A stretch of 64,000 bases of DNA from an uncultured Armatimonadetes bacterium. Its GTDB lineage: Bacteria; Armatimonadota; UBA5829; DTJY01. The position numbers were made by a program, and so were the translations under genes. The notes under the pieces were generated by a model. It searched no databases and was not told where the DNA came from. It was given only the letters and a program-made list of their open reading frames with translations. How positions within the stretch are numbered: the stretch's first letter is position 1; every line of letters begins with the position of its first letter. Of the stretch, positions 33,389 through 44,031 are shown in pieces. Location of the stretch: assembly GCA_963717145.1 (NCBI GenBank), contig OY970325.1:1088001-1152000 (forward strand), written 5' to 3'.

Positions 33389-34017
33389 TTCCGTTCATCT
33401 CCTGGCAGGCAGAGATGACCACTCAGAGAGCGGCGGCCTCTCAAACCATCCTACGTCGTCACTTGCGGATGTGATGCGCTTCGCATGGTGGGCGTATGGT
33501 GGAACTATTCGACGTGTGGGTATCGCTGTCCTGCTTGGGCCACGCGGTACCAAATCGGTGTTGTATGGAAGTGGTGCGCGACAACCATGTCGTGTCGGCC
33601 ACTTCGGGGGTCCGCATATGGTTTCGTTCCCCAGGCGTTCGGTCGAAGTTAATCTGGACCGAGCGTTGTATGTGTGTCGGCGATTGCTTGCTTAGTGGTC
33701 TAGCGGTAACTATACAATCTCTTGCAGATAAGCCATATATATAAGTTTGGGGTCGCTCATTCATGGGTAAACAAGCAAACAGTTTCACCTATGGAGGATT
33801 AGGGAAGACTATGCCGGCTTGCCGCAACTAGCTCGGCGAAGAATCCCACGCCTCTTAGCTTCACCCGATGCACCACCTGATCTACCTGTCACAACTTATG
33901 CCATGACGGCAGCCAAGGAATGGAAGCCCCGATATTATGGGCCGTTCGCAAGTCGATTCGTAGACCTGCGGGCTCTTCCCATGTGTGATTCTCTATCAGC
34001 GAAAGGATGATCTGACT

Positions 34018-37000
34018 ATGCGCCCTGCCATGCTCCACCTGCGTCTGACTCTCTTGCTTGCCTTGCTCGGAGGCATGATGTTCATGCTGGCCGGTACGCC
34101 CGCTAGCTCCCAGAATGAATATGAACTCAAGCGGGGCAACTTCCATGTGCACTCGAATATCAGCAACAAACTGCCACCTATAACGTCAAGCTGCTATTGG
34201 GATTGGCCTCCTGTTGCCCCTGATCACGCATTCGCTGGCCAACCGGATGATGTGATGGCCGATTCGCACACAAGCGGGCTCGATGTGGTAGGTTTCTCAG
34301 AACACGGAGGAAAGATTAACCATGATGACACGTTTTTGCAGTATGATGAGTGGACATATCTTCGGAACATCGCAAGGGCTGGTGGGCCGGTTGCGCTCAG
34401 AGGCTTCGAGTGGACTGGTCAGCAACACGTGAACGTTTTCGGGACCGAGCATTATTGTGACGTGACCAACTGGTGTACCACTGGTGATCCAGAACCAACC
34501 TCAGACAATTTCAGCAGCCTTGCCAGTTGGCTTCTGGAGGAACCGCACTGGACGAATGGAAAACCACCAGTTGCCCAATTCAACCACATCGGATCTGGGA
34601 GCAACTTCGGCGGTTTCGCTTGGCCAGGCGGGTATAGTACATACCTGGACAGCATATTCTGTCTAGCAGAGCTGACCACAGATCCGCTTGGCAGGCAAGA
34701 CATATACCTGAGGGCAGGTGCATACGAGAGTATTTACAGCGAGGCTTTGCAGGCTGGATGGCACGTTGCCCCATCGATAGGCAGTGACAATCAGCTCCGC
34801 ATAGGTCAGAGTGCGGCTGACCATCATACTGGTCTGTGGATAGATGCTGGACAGGTGGGGACACGTGATGGTGTAATGGAAGCCCTGAGGTCGCGCCGTG
34901 TGTTTGCCTCGGAGGACAAGAACTTCGAATTACGTGTTCAGGTCGTCATCGATGGCGAGACAGCCATTCACTGGATGGGTGAAGTGGTTACTCTGGAGGA
35001 AGGTAGAGGGGTCACCTTTCGGATCCGCGCATACGATCCAGATGCGCAGGATGCCATGCAGTCCATCTTCCTTGTATCTCCCAACAGAGGCGTTTTCCTC
35101 CCAAGTACCGTTAGTGATCAGGGTGACCTTACGCACACATGCCACATAGAGGCAGACAAGATTCTTGATCGGGTCGGCAAGACTGATCGGGCGGAGCGGT
35201 GTTTGTTCCTGCGTGTCACGCAGCAGGACGGGGATTCGGTGTACTCAGCGCCGATGTGGCTCAAGCCGACATCAGGGTCCGATCCGCCGCCAACTCCGAC
35301 CGTGGCCGCTCCTACCCTCAGTATAGGCGGTGGCGGATTCGGTTCTGTGCAGAATGTTATCATAGACTGCGCGACAGATGGAGCAACCATATATTACACT
35401 ATCGACGGCTCCACACCCACACAGAGCTCTCCCACGTTAGCTCGCGGTGGAACCATCAGGATCGACCACAGCCTTACCCTGAAAGCAAGAGCATACAAGG
35501 ATGGAGAGTGGAGCGAGGTTGCCTCCGCGGTCTTCGTGATAACCGGCGCTATCAGGGTCTGCGCGTATGCCGACCAGAACTTGAACGGCCAGTTTGACGC
35601 GGGCGAGGCATTGCCCCACTGGCCATTCCGCATTGTAGGCGGAAGCCAAACGTATGAGACCGGAGTAGACGGTTGTGCCATCATCTCCGGGTTTGATGCC
35701 GGCGCGTATGCCGTAACGCAGGCGGTCGGTGATTTGGACGGTAACGGCAACTTCTCGTTCGGGGGCAAACGCTATCACGCGTTCGATGGACTCAGCCAAA
35801 CGCCTACCGTCGTACCTGGTCAGACCGTGAACGTGTCCTTCCGAAACGTCTGCCTCGGCGCGATCCAGGCAACCGTGTTCAACGATAGAGACATGAATGG
35901 CCAACTGGGTGGCGGTGAGATCGATCCCGATATGAACCAGTGGCCGCTCACACTCACAGGCACACTGATCAACAATAGCCCGGCTGAGACAGTCCCGGGC
36001 CATGCGGGCGCTGATGGCATATGCGTATTCCCAGACCTGTTCCCAGGGACCTATACCGTCAGTGAAGATGGCAGTGGGATTGCATGGGTGAAGACCAGCC
36101 CGTGTGGAACGTACTGCGATCTCAAGGCTGATTGGAACGGCAGGCGCTGGATATTCACGGTGGCTAAGGAAGAGGGCCAAGGTCCTGCCTACTCAAGCAC
36201 CTGTGACCTCGCTACGCCGCCGTCCGTGGGCGGCATTGTGATCGGCTGCAGCGACAACAAGAGATTCCAATTCGGCAACACGTGCCTGAACCCTGTGACG
36301 GTCACGAAGTTCAGGGACCTCGATATGGACGGGTCGAAGGGCGGCTCAGAGGAAAGACTCAACGACTGGCCGCTCAGGCTGACCGGGACAAGAGTCAACG
36401 GCCAGGTCATATGCCCGGATGAGGTACTGACTAGCGGCGGCGGCACACACACCTTCGCTGACCTTGCTCCAGGTTCTTATGCGGTGGCAGAAGATGGCCA
36501 CGGCATCGTCTGGGAAAAAGTCCAGACCGACTGCCCACCCATCGCCTACTGCGACTGGCGCACGACCTGGAACGGCGGAAGATGGCAGGCGACGGCTCCT
36601 CGTCCGCCGGATAACTGTGCCGCCGCAGGGCCTGTGCCCTCACTCGGCTTCAACGTCGCCTGCGGTCCCATAGCACCACTCGACTTCGGCAATGTTTGCT
36701 TAACGACGATCAGCGCCGAGAAGTTCAAGGACTGCAACATGGATGCCGTCTGGGATATGGATGAAGTCGCCCTGAGCAACTGGCCGATGAAGTTGGTCGG
36801 CACCAGGCGGGATGGCAGGCCAATCTGCACTAGATACGGGATGACTGGCGGCGACGGTAAGTACGTAGTCGCCGATCTCGCGCCAGGTAACTACGTGGCA
36901 AGCGAGGAATCGGATCCCTTGGCGGCGAAGCAGATCCAGTGGGAGAAGCATCAGACGACCTGCGGAACCATCAGCTACTGTGACTGGCGAACCTGGTGGA

Positions 37001-38877
37001 ATAATGATCGCTGGCAGGCGACGAACCCCAGGCCGGCGGACGACTGCAATGATGCAGGGAACGCTCCTGCGCTTGGCGTCGCTCTGGAATGCATCCCGCA
37101 GAGAGCGGTTTTCGGCAACGTGCCGTTGAGAACCGTCAGCGCCTTTACCTATCACGACCTCAACCTGACTGGCAAGTACGAGAAGGACGGCGAGCCATTC
37201 GTCGATGCAGACGGGGACGGAGTGTGGGATACCGCAGAGCCGTTTACCGATCTGCCTCCCTGCAACGGCACACGGGACTCGGACGAGTTCTTCTTCGACA
37301 GGAACAAGAACGGTGTTTGGGAGACTGCGGAACCGTTCACCGATCTCGACGCTGACGGCCAGTATGATCCGGCGGAGTGCCCTGTCCACTCGTGGCCGTA
37401 TGCTCTTCTGGGTAGCCGAGCCGACAACCGGCCGCTCTGCCCCAAAGGTCTCACCGACAGCACCGGCTGGATCACTTTCCCCGATATTCCTCCGAGCAAT
37501 GCACTGGGATACACGCTCAAGGAAGACTTGTCATGGTGCCCTGTCTTGTTGGGATGGCCCGGACAGGATCCCATCCTGCGCACAACCCTGCCGATCACAC
37601 CCATCTGCACTGGATATGGCGGCGGCAATCTCGTTGACCGCTGGCAGGCGACTACCCCTGTCCGCACGGATTTTGTCCTTCAGTGCGAGCAGAGTCGGTC
37701 GGACAGCTTCGGAAATGTCGGTCTGGCGAGAGTAGACGGGGTCAACAAAGTGTACGATGACGGCATGCCCGGCCAGGGAACACCCAGGCCGGGAGTCGGC
37801 TGGAAGATAGACCTTGCCGGACAGGATCACTACGGGCGGAATGTCGTCGCGAGCTTCCCCGAGTGTGCGCTCCTCCTACCTGCGTCCAAGTCGCCGATCG
37901 CCATACCTTGCCGGACTCCCGGCTGGTATGAGACGACGGTCGACGCGGACGGCAATTTCGCCTTCGTCGATCTGCTGCCCGGCCACTACCATCTCGCCGA
38001 GCAGCCGAATCCCGACTACCGATTGGCAATCGACAAACCAATGCTATGCGGTTTCGATGTCATGGCCACCCCATGGACGGTCGAGCTTCAGAACATTAAC
38101 AAGAGCCTCGCCTGGAAGGTCTACCAGGTCTACCCAGGCGATTCCATCGGGACCGAGACGAACTACTTCGGTCACCTGGGCACGTCGGGCGATCCGATCC
38201 TCGCCGTCCCAGGCGTGCTGCAGATCGGGCCAGGGAACAACTGGGAGAACTACAAGCAGGCTCCGCAACTCTGCCGTGAGTCACCGGCCAAGAACACGGT
38301 TCTCATCAAGGAATCCCCCGTGTTCTCACAGTGCGCAGACATCTTCCCTGCGGTGAGCATCCGGCAGGCGGGATCGTCAAACCTGCGTCTTCAATGGCCG
38401 CTGATGTATGAGACACCGGGCACGATGTGGACTCTCAAGCTCACCTACGGTACCAAGACGCCGGTCCAGTTCCCCGGAGAGGCTGTGGAGGGATACTTCC
38501 ACCAGGATGAGTGGAGATGGGTGGTGGACACGGACATCCCCAACATGCTCCTTCTACTGGATCTTTTCCACGAGGTCCCCTTCGGCGCCGACGAGGTGCC
38601 TCTCATCTCCGACGAGCTTCTCTATTGGGCACTCGGACAGAAGCTCACGGATATTGGAACGCTCGCGACCAGGAAGGATATGGTGAACGCCGGCCTGTTG
38701 CTCGGGGAGTTCGAGATGGAGGTCATGGATGCATGTATCGGCGTATCACCCTCCAAGCCCAATCCGACTGGGCCGCAGACGGGCGTAGCTCAGACGCTTG
38801 AGAATCCGGCGTGCTGCAAGCTGCTCGTTGACGCCGAGTACATCGGGAAGAAGCTCGGCATCATGCAGCCGAGATAG
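34018..38877 (+). CDS. Giant secreted protein: PHP-like metallohydrolase + Fn3-associated domain + SdrD-B-like/Ca-binding repeats + unknown C-domain
   Basis: Signal peptide; GNFHVHS, FSEHG, GFEWT, QFNH, GSDN; YYTIDGSTPT; repeated F.D.DM.G...E..L..WP.L.G; EPFxDxDxDG repeats. Confidence 0.8.
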   Translation: MRPAMLHLRLTLLLALLGGMMFMLAGTPASSQNEYELKRGNFHVHSNISNKLPPITSSCYWDWPPVAPDHAFAGQPDDVMADSHTSGLDVVGFSEHGGKINHDDTFLQYDEWTYLRNIARAGGPVALRGFEWTGQQHVNVFGTEHYCDVTNWCTTGDPEPTSDNFSSLASWLLEEPHWTNGKPPVAQFNHIGSGSNFGGFAWPGGYSTYLDSIFCLAELTTDPLGRQDIYLRAGAYESIYSEALQAGWHVAPSIGSDNQLRIGQSAADHHTGLWIDAGQVGTRDGVMEALRSRRVFASEDKNFELRVQVVIDGETAIHWMGEVVTLEEGRGVTFRIRAYDPDAQDAMQSIFLVSPNRGVFLPSTVSDQGDLTHTCHIEADKILDRVGKTDRAERCLFLRVTQQDGDSVYSAPMWLKPTSGSDPPPTPTVAAPTLSIGGGGFGSVQNVIIDCATDGATIYYTIDGSTPTQSSPTLARGGTIRIDHSLTLKARAYKDGEWSEVASAVFVITGAIRVCAYADQNLNGQFDAGEALPHWPFRIVGGSQTYETGVDGCAIISGFDAGAYAVTQAVGDLDGNGNFSFGGKRYHAFDGLSQTPTVVPGQTVNVSFRNVCLGAIQATVFNDRDMNGQLGGGEIDPDMNQWPLTLTGTLINNSPAETVPGHAGADGICVFPDLFPGTYTVSEDGSGIAWVKTSPCGTYCDLKADWNGRRWIFTVAKEEGQGPAYSSTCDLATPPSVGGIVIGCSDNKRFQFGNTCLNPVTVTKFRDLDMDGSKGGSEERLNDWPLRLTGTRVNGQVICPDEVLTSGGGTHTFADLAPGSYAVAEDGHGIVWEKVQTDCPPIAYCDWRTTWNGGRWQATAPRPPDNCAAAGPVPSLGFNVACGPIAPLDFGNVCLTTISAEKFKDCNMDAVWDMDEVALSNWPMKLVGTRRDGRPICTRYGMTGGDGKYVVADLAPGNYVASEESDPLAAKQIQWEKHQTTCGTISYCDWRTWWNNDRWQATNPRPADDCNDAGNAPALGVALECIPQRAVFGNVPLRTVSAFTYHDLNLTGKYEKDGEPFVDADGDGVWDTAEPFTDLPPCNGTRDSDEFFFDRNKNGVWETAEPFTDLDADGQYDPAECPVHSWPYALLGSRADNRPLCPKGLTDSTGWITFPDIPPSNALGYTLKEDLSWCPVLLGWPGQDPILRTTLPITPICTGYGGGNLVDRWQATTPVRTDFVLQCEQSRSDSFGNVGLARVDGVNKVYDDGMPGQGTPRPGVGWKIDLAGQDHYGRNVVASFPECALLLPASKSPIAIPCRTPGWYETTVDADGNFAFVDLLPGHYHLAEQPNPDYRLAIDKPMLCGFDVMATPWTVELQNINKSLAWKVYQVYPGDSIGTETNYFGHLGTSGDPILAVPGVLQIGPGNNWENYKQAPQLCRESPAKNTVLIKESPVFSQCADIFPAVSIRQAGSSNLRLQWPLMYETPGTMWTLKLTYGTKTPVQFPGEAVEGYFHQDEWRWVVDTDIPNMLLLLDLFHEVPFGADEVPLISDELLYWALGQKLTDIGTLATRKDMVNAGLLLGEFEMEVMDACIGVSPSKPNPTGPQTGVAQTLENPACCKLLVDAEYIGKKLGIMQPR

Positions 38878-39259
38878 GACGCGTAGGTGGACTACTGAAC
38901 TGGTATCGGAAGGTTTGAGGCGGTGGCATTCATCACGTGGCCGCCTCTCTAGCGCAGTGACGCGAAGGCTTAAGGAAGCGCCTGTAATCACGTCGGCAGC
39001 GATGGCTATGGATCGTATCCGGGTTGGGTCTAAGCGATACATCGACGGCTTCGGATAGCTCAAGAGGCATATGGCGGTAAGTTGGGTACTGCCACCAAAC
39101 ACGCCCTGCTCTTGACCGACGACCTACTGTGCTGATAGGCAGGGCAACTCCCTGCTCCACGGAGATCGTTACAGCAGAGAATGGATTGCGTAGTGTCCGC
39201 GACTCACGATACTGATCTCGAAAACAGGGATTGCGTCGGATGGCTTGTGTCCATTCCCC

Positions 39260-39280
39260 CAATTCCCCCTGGCGCTACCA
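39260..39280 (+). other. Isolated tRNA 3' end (att-like site)
   Basis: CAATT-CCCCC-TGGCGCT-A-CCA = T-loop half, T-stem, acceptor strand, discriminator, CCA; no 5' half upstream. Confidence 0.65.
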
Positions 39281-39290
39281 CACGAACCTC

Positions 39291-39341
39291 ACGGCCCGTC
39301 CCTGATCCCGGCTCAAACCGCGGATGGGGCGGGCCGTTTTT
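39291..39341 (+). terminator. Intrinsic terminator after the tRNA remnant
   Basis: ACGGCCCGTCCC...GGGGCGGGCCGT followed by a T run. Confidence 0.65.
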
Positions 39342-39506
39342 CTGTGTCCGCGCCGCGAATAACGAGCCTTACTGCAACGGGCGTGTCTATCGGATCGACT
39401 CCTGCGCTGTTTCCTGTCGATCGGTTTGGCGAATACGACCACCGGAATGGAACAGGATGGTCACCAACTGACGCGCCGTGCGGGAGCATCGCTCAAAAAT
39501 GATCGC

Positions 39507-39535
39507 TTGACAATCGTTCGAGTTGGGACTATATT
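39507..39535 (+). promoter_or_regulatory. sigma70 promoter
   Basis: TTGACA-17 bp-TATATT. Confidence 0.7.
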
Positions 39536-39670
39536 GCGAACAGGAGGTACGCCTATCGAATAGAAGGATCGAGCTTCGGCATCCATTTCCCAGATTCGTA
39601 TGATCCCGCGTAATGGCGGGGCGGGGAGCTTGCCCGCATGGTGGCCACCAGAAGGACAAGAACGGTAAGA

Positions 39671-42600
39671 ATGCTCAAGGTAAGACAGGTTGTCTGTACC
39701 GCGATGTTGTTACTCCTGCTGGTTGCATCGGCAGGTTATGCCCAGGAGTTCCGATCCATCGAGATTACGGCATGGGGGTCGGGCTTCGAGAGCGCATCAG
39801 CGTGCACAGCGCTGGTCAACTACGCAGATTCCTGCAATCTCAACTGCATCATCCCTGAACTCAGGCTCAGATGCGACGCGTACTACAATTCCAACTTCGA
39901 ACCCCCCGGCACAGGTGTCGCCCCGTCACCCGCGGGTTTTGACTCTCTGGCCGATCTCATAACCAAGGCCCACGCCGCTGGTATCGAAGTCCACCCCTGG
40001 GTCGTGACTTTCCGCGTCTGGACGACAGTCGACGGACCCGCGCACATGTCTCCGGAGCACATCTGGTATACGCATGGTCCCGGGCAGAGCGATCCGGACG
40101 AGGACTGGCTCATGTACAGCGACACGGGCGCTTGGAGCTACGGCGGCGTGTCCAACCTCGATCCGGGCGTCCCGGCGGTTGAGGACTACCTCATCAGCGT
40201 GTTCATGGATATGGTGAACAACTACGATGTGGACGGCCTCAACCTGGACTACATCCGGTATCCTCAGACGAGTTGGGGCTATAACCCCAAGGCCGTCGCC
40301 AGATTCAACGCCGAGTATGGGTTGAGCGGCAACCCTTCGTCCAGCAATACCACATGGCAGAACTGGCGCAGAGATCAGATCTCCAATCTGGTGAAGCGGC
40401 TGTATCTCGAGATCAAGGCCGTCAAGCCTTGGGTCAAGCTGAGCGCCGACGTATGGAACTCGGCAACCACGGGGAACAACAGCTACTTCCAGAACTGGGA
40501 TCACTGGATGGCGAACCACTGGCTGGACTTCGCGCATCCGATGTCCTACACGTCCACCAACTCCACCTTCAGTGGCTGGTGCGATGCTTATGTAAACAAC
40601 GCGCACGGACGGCACGTATATCCGCTGGTCGATGCCTCAAACAGCATCACCGGGAATGTGCTTCCGCAGATCGACTCCGTGCGAACGCATGACTTCGCCG
40701 GCACCGGGCTCTATGCGTACAGCTCGATCCCGAACAAGTCGGCGCTCCAGAGCGCATTGGTCAGCGGCCCATTCCCGACGGCTGTCGGGATGCCTGACAT
40801 GCCCTGGCTCAGCACCCCCACCCTCGGGATGCTGAAAGGGTATGTTAAGACCGGCGCCGGTGTAGCCATCTATCCTGCGACCGTCACCATCCAGAGCAGG
40901 AACACAAAGAACACCGGCACGGGTTTCTATGGGTTCGTCGACCTGACGACCGGTACATACACCGTTACGGCCAGTGCGCCGGGATACGTCAACGTCAATG
41001 GCCAGGTGACTATCACCGCGGGCCAGGTCGCTACTCTCAACCTGACAATGGGCTCAGACACGACTCCGCCGACGATATCGAACGTGCGGACGGCCAATGT
41101 TCAGGCGACGAATGCCCAGGTCCTCTGGGACACGAATGAGGGCGCGACGAGCCAGGTCGAGTACGGCTTGACCACCGGCTATGGAAACCAGACGACCGAG
41201 AACATGGCGCTCGTTACCGCGCATACCGTCCAACTCGTCAATCTGACGGGGAACACGCTCTATCACTATCGAGTGAAGAGCAGGGACGGCGCGGGCAACC
41301 TGAGGACCTCGAGCGACTACACGTTCACAACCGCGCCAGGTGATACCGTTGCCGATATCATCATCGACAACACATCCGCCACGCTTGTCGGCAGTTGGAC
41401 CACGGGCACATCCGCCACCGACAAGTACGGCACGAACTACTACTACTGCACCACCGCCGCAAGCGAGACCAAGTCGGCACGGTGGACGCCGAACATCATC
41501 ACCGCCGGCAACTACGACGTCTACGTCTGGTATCCCGCGGGATCGAACCGTACCGCCATGGCGCCGTACACCGTGTACTGGAACGGCGGCTCGCAGACCT
41601 ACACCGTCAACCAGAAGGTCAGCGGCGGCGTATGGAACCTCATCGCCGAGACCAAGCCGTTTGCGATCGGCACGGGCGGCTCCGTGAAGCTGGGTAACGG
41701 CACAGGTGAATCGGCGCTGAACGTCATGGCTGACGCCGTCAAGTTCGTCTATCCGCAGGCGGCCGATACCGAAGATCCGACGGTCCCGACGAACCTGAAT
41801 GCCGTCGCGATCTCAGGCACGCAGGTCGATCTCACGTGGACCGCGTCAACCGACAACATAGGGGTCACGGGCTACAAGATCTACCGCGACAGCGTGGAGA
41901 TCGACACGAGCACGACTCCGTCGTATTCCGATACCACCTGCACGTCGATGACGACATACAGCTATCGCGTATCGGCCTACGATGCTGCGAGTAATGAGTC
42001 CGGCCTGAGCACCGCGGACGTCGTGACGACGCCCGACTCAGCGCCGCCTACCGTGCCGACGAATCTCTCGGCAACAGCGATCTCTCAGACTCAGATCAAC
42101 CTGAGCTGGACCGCTTCCACCGATAACGTCGGTGTGACGGGCTACAACGTCTACAGAGACGGCGATTACCTGACCACCGTCGCAGGCGCGAGCTGCTCGG
42201 ACACGAACTGCGTGGCGAATACTCTCTACACCTACCAGGTGACGGCATTCGACGCGGCGGGCAATGAGTCCGGGCTGAGCACGCAGGCGTCGGCTACCAC
42301 GCTGGCCAGCACGGACATAGTGATGGACAACCCGGCCGCCGTGTTTGTCGGAAGCTGGATCGTCGGCACGACGTCCAGCGACAAGTACGGCGCGGACTAT
42401 GAGTTCGCCACGACCGCGGCCACCGAGACGGCGACCGCGACATGGACTCCGAATATCGGTGTCTCCGGGTACTACGTGGTCTACTGCTGGTATCCGCAGG
42501 GTGCGAACCGCTCCTCCGCTGCTCCCTATACCGTGAACTGGAACGGCGGATCGCAGACGGTCAACGTGAACCAGACCACAGGCGGCGGAACGTGGAACAC

Positions 42601-43684
42601 GCTGCTCACCAACAAGCGGTTCCTTTCCGGCACCGGCGGCAGCGTCAAGCTCGGGAACGGCACCGGCGAGGCATCGCTCGTAGTGTTGGCCGATGCGGTG
42701 AGGTTCCTGATGGTGTCGGACGATCTGACTGCTCCCACCGTGCCGACGAACCTGTCGGCGACCGCGGTCTCGACGAGCCAGATCAACCTGACCTGGACCG
42801 CCTCGACTGATAACGTGGCTGTCACCGGCTACCGGATCTTCCGGAACGATGTCGAAGTCGGAACGAGCGCGACCACTTCGTTCTCCGATCCCGGACTGAC
42901 GCAGTACACCACCTACACCTACAAGGTGGCGGCCTATGATGAGATGGGCAACGAGTCGGCCAAGAGTTCGCCGGACTCCGAGACCACCTGGGACGGGCAG
43001 GCGCCGACTGTCCCGACCAATCTCAACGCGACTCCTATCACCAGCACCCGGATAGACCTCACCTGGACCGCCTCGACTGACAATGCAGGCGTGACGGGCT
43101 ACAAGATCTTCCGGAACAGCGGGCAGATCGGGACGTCTCCCACCGCGAGTTACAGCGACACCACATGCTCGCCGAACACAACGTATTCCTACGAAGTGTC
43201 GGCCTATGACGCCAGGGGCAACGAGTCCGCCCACAGTGCGGCTGATGTCGCGACCACGCCTTCCGGCAGCCTGGCGAACATCATCATCGACAACCCGGCC
43301 GCGACGTTCACCGGGACATGGACTACGTCCACCACCGGCACGGATAAGTACGGGACGAACTACAGATGGGCCAGTTCGGCGGTCTCCCAGAGCCGGACCG
43401 CCAAGTGGACGCCGACCATCGCAACTGCCGGAGGGTATGACCTCTACGCATGGTGGTCCGTCGGTTCGAACAGGGCGACGAACTCGCCGTACTTCTGCCA
43501 GTGGAACGGCGGCTCACAGACCGTCAACGTCAACCAGACGATCAACGGCGGCGCGTGGATGAGTCTGCTCACGAACAAGAGCTTCGCGACAGGCACCGCC
43601 GGCTTCATCAGGCTGGGGAACGGCACCGGCTCGACGGGTAAAGTCGTCGTCGCCGACGCCGTGAGGTTCCAACAGGTCAACTAA
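39671..43684 (+). CDS. Secreted GHL10 (DUF187/DigH-like) glycoside hydrolase with FN3 and 3 golvesin-like modules
   Basis: Signal peptide; AHAAGIEVHPW, LDPG.P.V, YDVDGLNLDYIRYP, FQNW..W, PMSY; carboxypeptidase-regulatory-like domain; FN3 LTWTASTDN repeats. Confidence 0.85.
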   Translation: MLKVRQVVCTAMLLLLLVASAGYAQEFRSIEITAWGSGFESASACTALVNYADSCNLNCIIPELRLRCDAYYNSNFEPPGTGVAPSPAGFDSLADLITKAHAAGIEVHPWVVTFRVWTTVDGPAHMSPEHIWYTHGPGQSDPDEDWLMYSDTGAWSYGGVSNLDPGVPAVEDYLISVFMDMVNNYDVDGLNLDYIRYPQTSWGYNPKAVARFNAEYGLSGNPSSSNTTWQNWRRDQISNLVKRLYLEIKAVKPWVKLSADVWNSATTGNNSYFQNWDHWMANHWLDFAHPMSYTSTNSTFSGWCDAYVNNAHGRHVYPLVDASNSITGNVLPQIDSVRTHDFAGTGLYAYSSIPNKSALQSALVSGPFPTAVGMPDMPWLSTPTLGMLKGYVKTGAGVAIYPATVTIQSRNTKNTGTGFYGFVDLTTGTYTVTASAPGYVNVNGQVTITAGQVATLNLTMGSDTTPPTISNVRTANVQATNAQVLWDTNEGATSQVEYGLTTGYGNQTTENMALVTAHTVQLVNLTGNTLYHYRVKSRDGAGNLRTSSDYTFTTAPGDTVADIIIDNTSATLVGSWTTGTSATDKYGTNYYYCTTAASETKSARWTPNIITAGNYDVYVWYPAGSNRTAMAPYTVYWNGGSQTYTVNQKVSGGVWNLIAETKPFAIGTGGSVKLGNGTGESALNVMADAVKFVYPQAADTEDPTVPTNLNAVAISGTQVDLTWTASTDNIGVTGYKIYRDSVEIDTSTTPSYSDTTCTSMTTYSYRVSAYDAASNESGLSTADVVTTPDSAPPTVPTNLSATAISQTQINLSWTASTDNVGVTGYNVYRDGDYLTTVAGASCSDTNCVANTLYTYQVTAFDAAGNESGLSTQASATTLASTDIVMDNPAAVFVGSWIVGTTSSDKYGADYEFATTAATETATATWTPNIGVSGYYVVYCWYPQGANRSSAAPYTVNWNGGSQTVNVNQTTGGGTWNTLLTNKRFLSGTGGSVKLGNGTGEASLVVLADAVRFLMVSDDLTAPTVPTNLSATAVSTSQINLTWTASTDNVAVTGYRIFRNDVEVGTSATTSFSDPGLTQYTTYTYKVAAYDEMGNESAKSSPDSETTWDGQAPTVPTNLNATPITSTRIDLTWTASTDNAGVTGYKIFRNSGQIGTSPTASYSDTTCSPNTTYSYEVSAYDARGNESAHSAADVATTPSGSLANIIIDNPAATFTGTWTTSTTGTDKYGTNYRWASSAVSQSRTAKWTPTIATAGGYDLYAWWSVGSNRATNSPYFCQWNGGSQTVNVNQTINGGAWMSLLTNKSFATGTAGFIRLGNGTGSTGKVVVADAVRFQQVN

Positions 43685-43745
43685 CAGACCGCCGCTTCCC
43701 GATCGTTGGGGATGGAGTTGGACTCCATCCCCAACGATTAGCGCG

Positions 43746-43776
43746 AAGGGCAGGGGGATCACTCTCCCTGCCCTTT
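43746..43776 (+). terminator. Intrinsic terminator (shared family)
   Basis: AAGGGCAGGG...CCCTGCCCTTT. Confidence 0.7.
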
Positions 43777-43823
43777 CTTCCGAGTAAGTGACTGCACCAC
43801 AAGCGGTTGTTTCCGTCACAAAC

Positions 43824-43942
43824 TCCGGAGAACCCCACCCCGGCCTTCGGCCACCCCTCCCCGCAACGGAGAGGGGACGTGGGCGACTCCCCCTCTCCGT
43901 TGCGGGGAGGGGTGGCCGAAGGCCGGGGTGGGGTTCTCCGGA
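43824..43942. repeat. Long palindromic intergenic repeat
   Basis: Perfect 53-bp arms 43824-43876/43890-43942, each with internal hairpins. Confidence 0.85.
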
Positions 43943-44031
43943 TCGCGGTTTGGCCATCAAAAGAGAAAAGGGCGGAGACATCATCGTCCCCCGCCCCATT
44001 CTGACTTCTGACTCCTGACTTCCTTCCCCCC

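Noticed and set aside
33400-34010. Short ORFs between res and the giant protein
   Set aside because: No motifs or convincing RBS/ORF pairs; treated as a divergent intergenic region.
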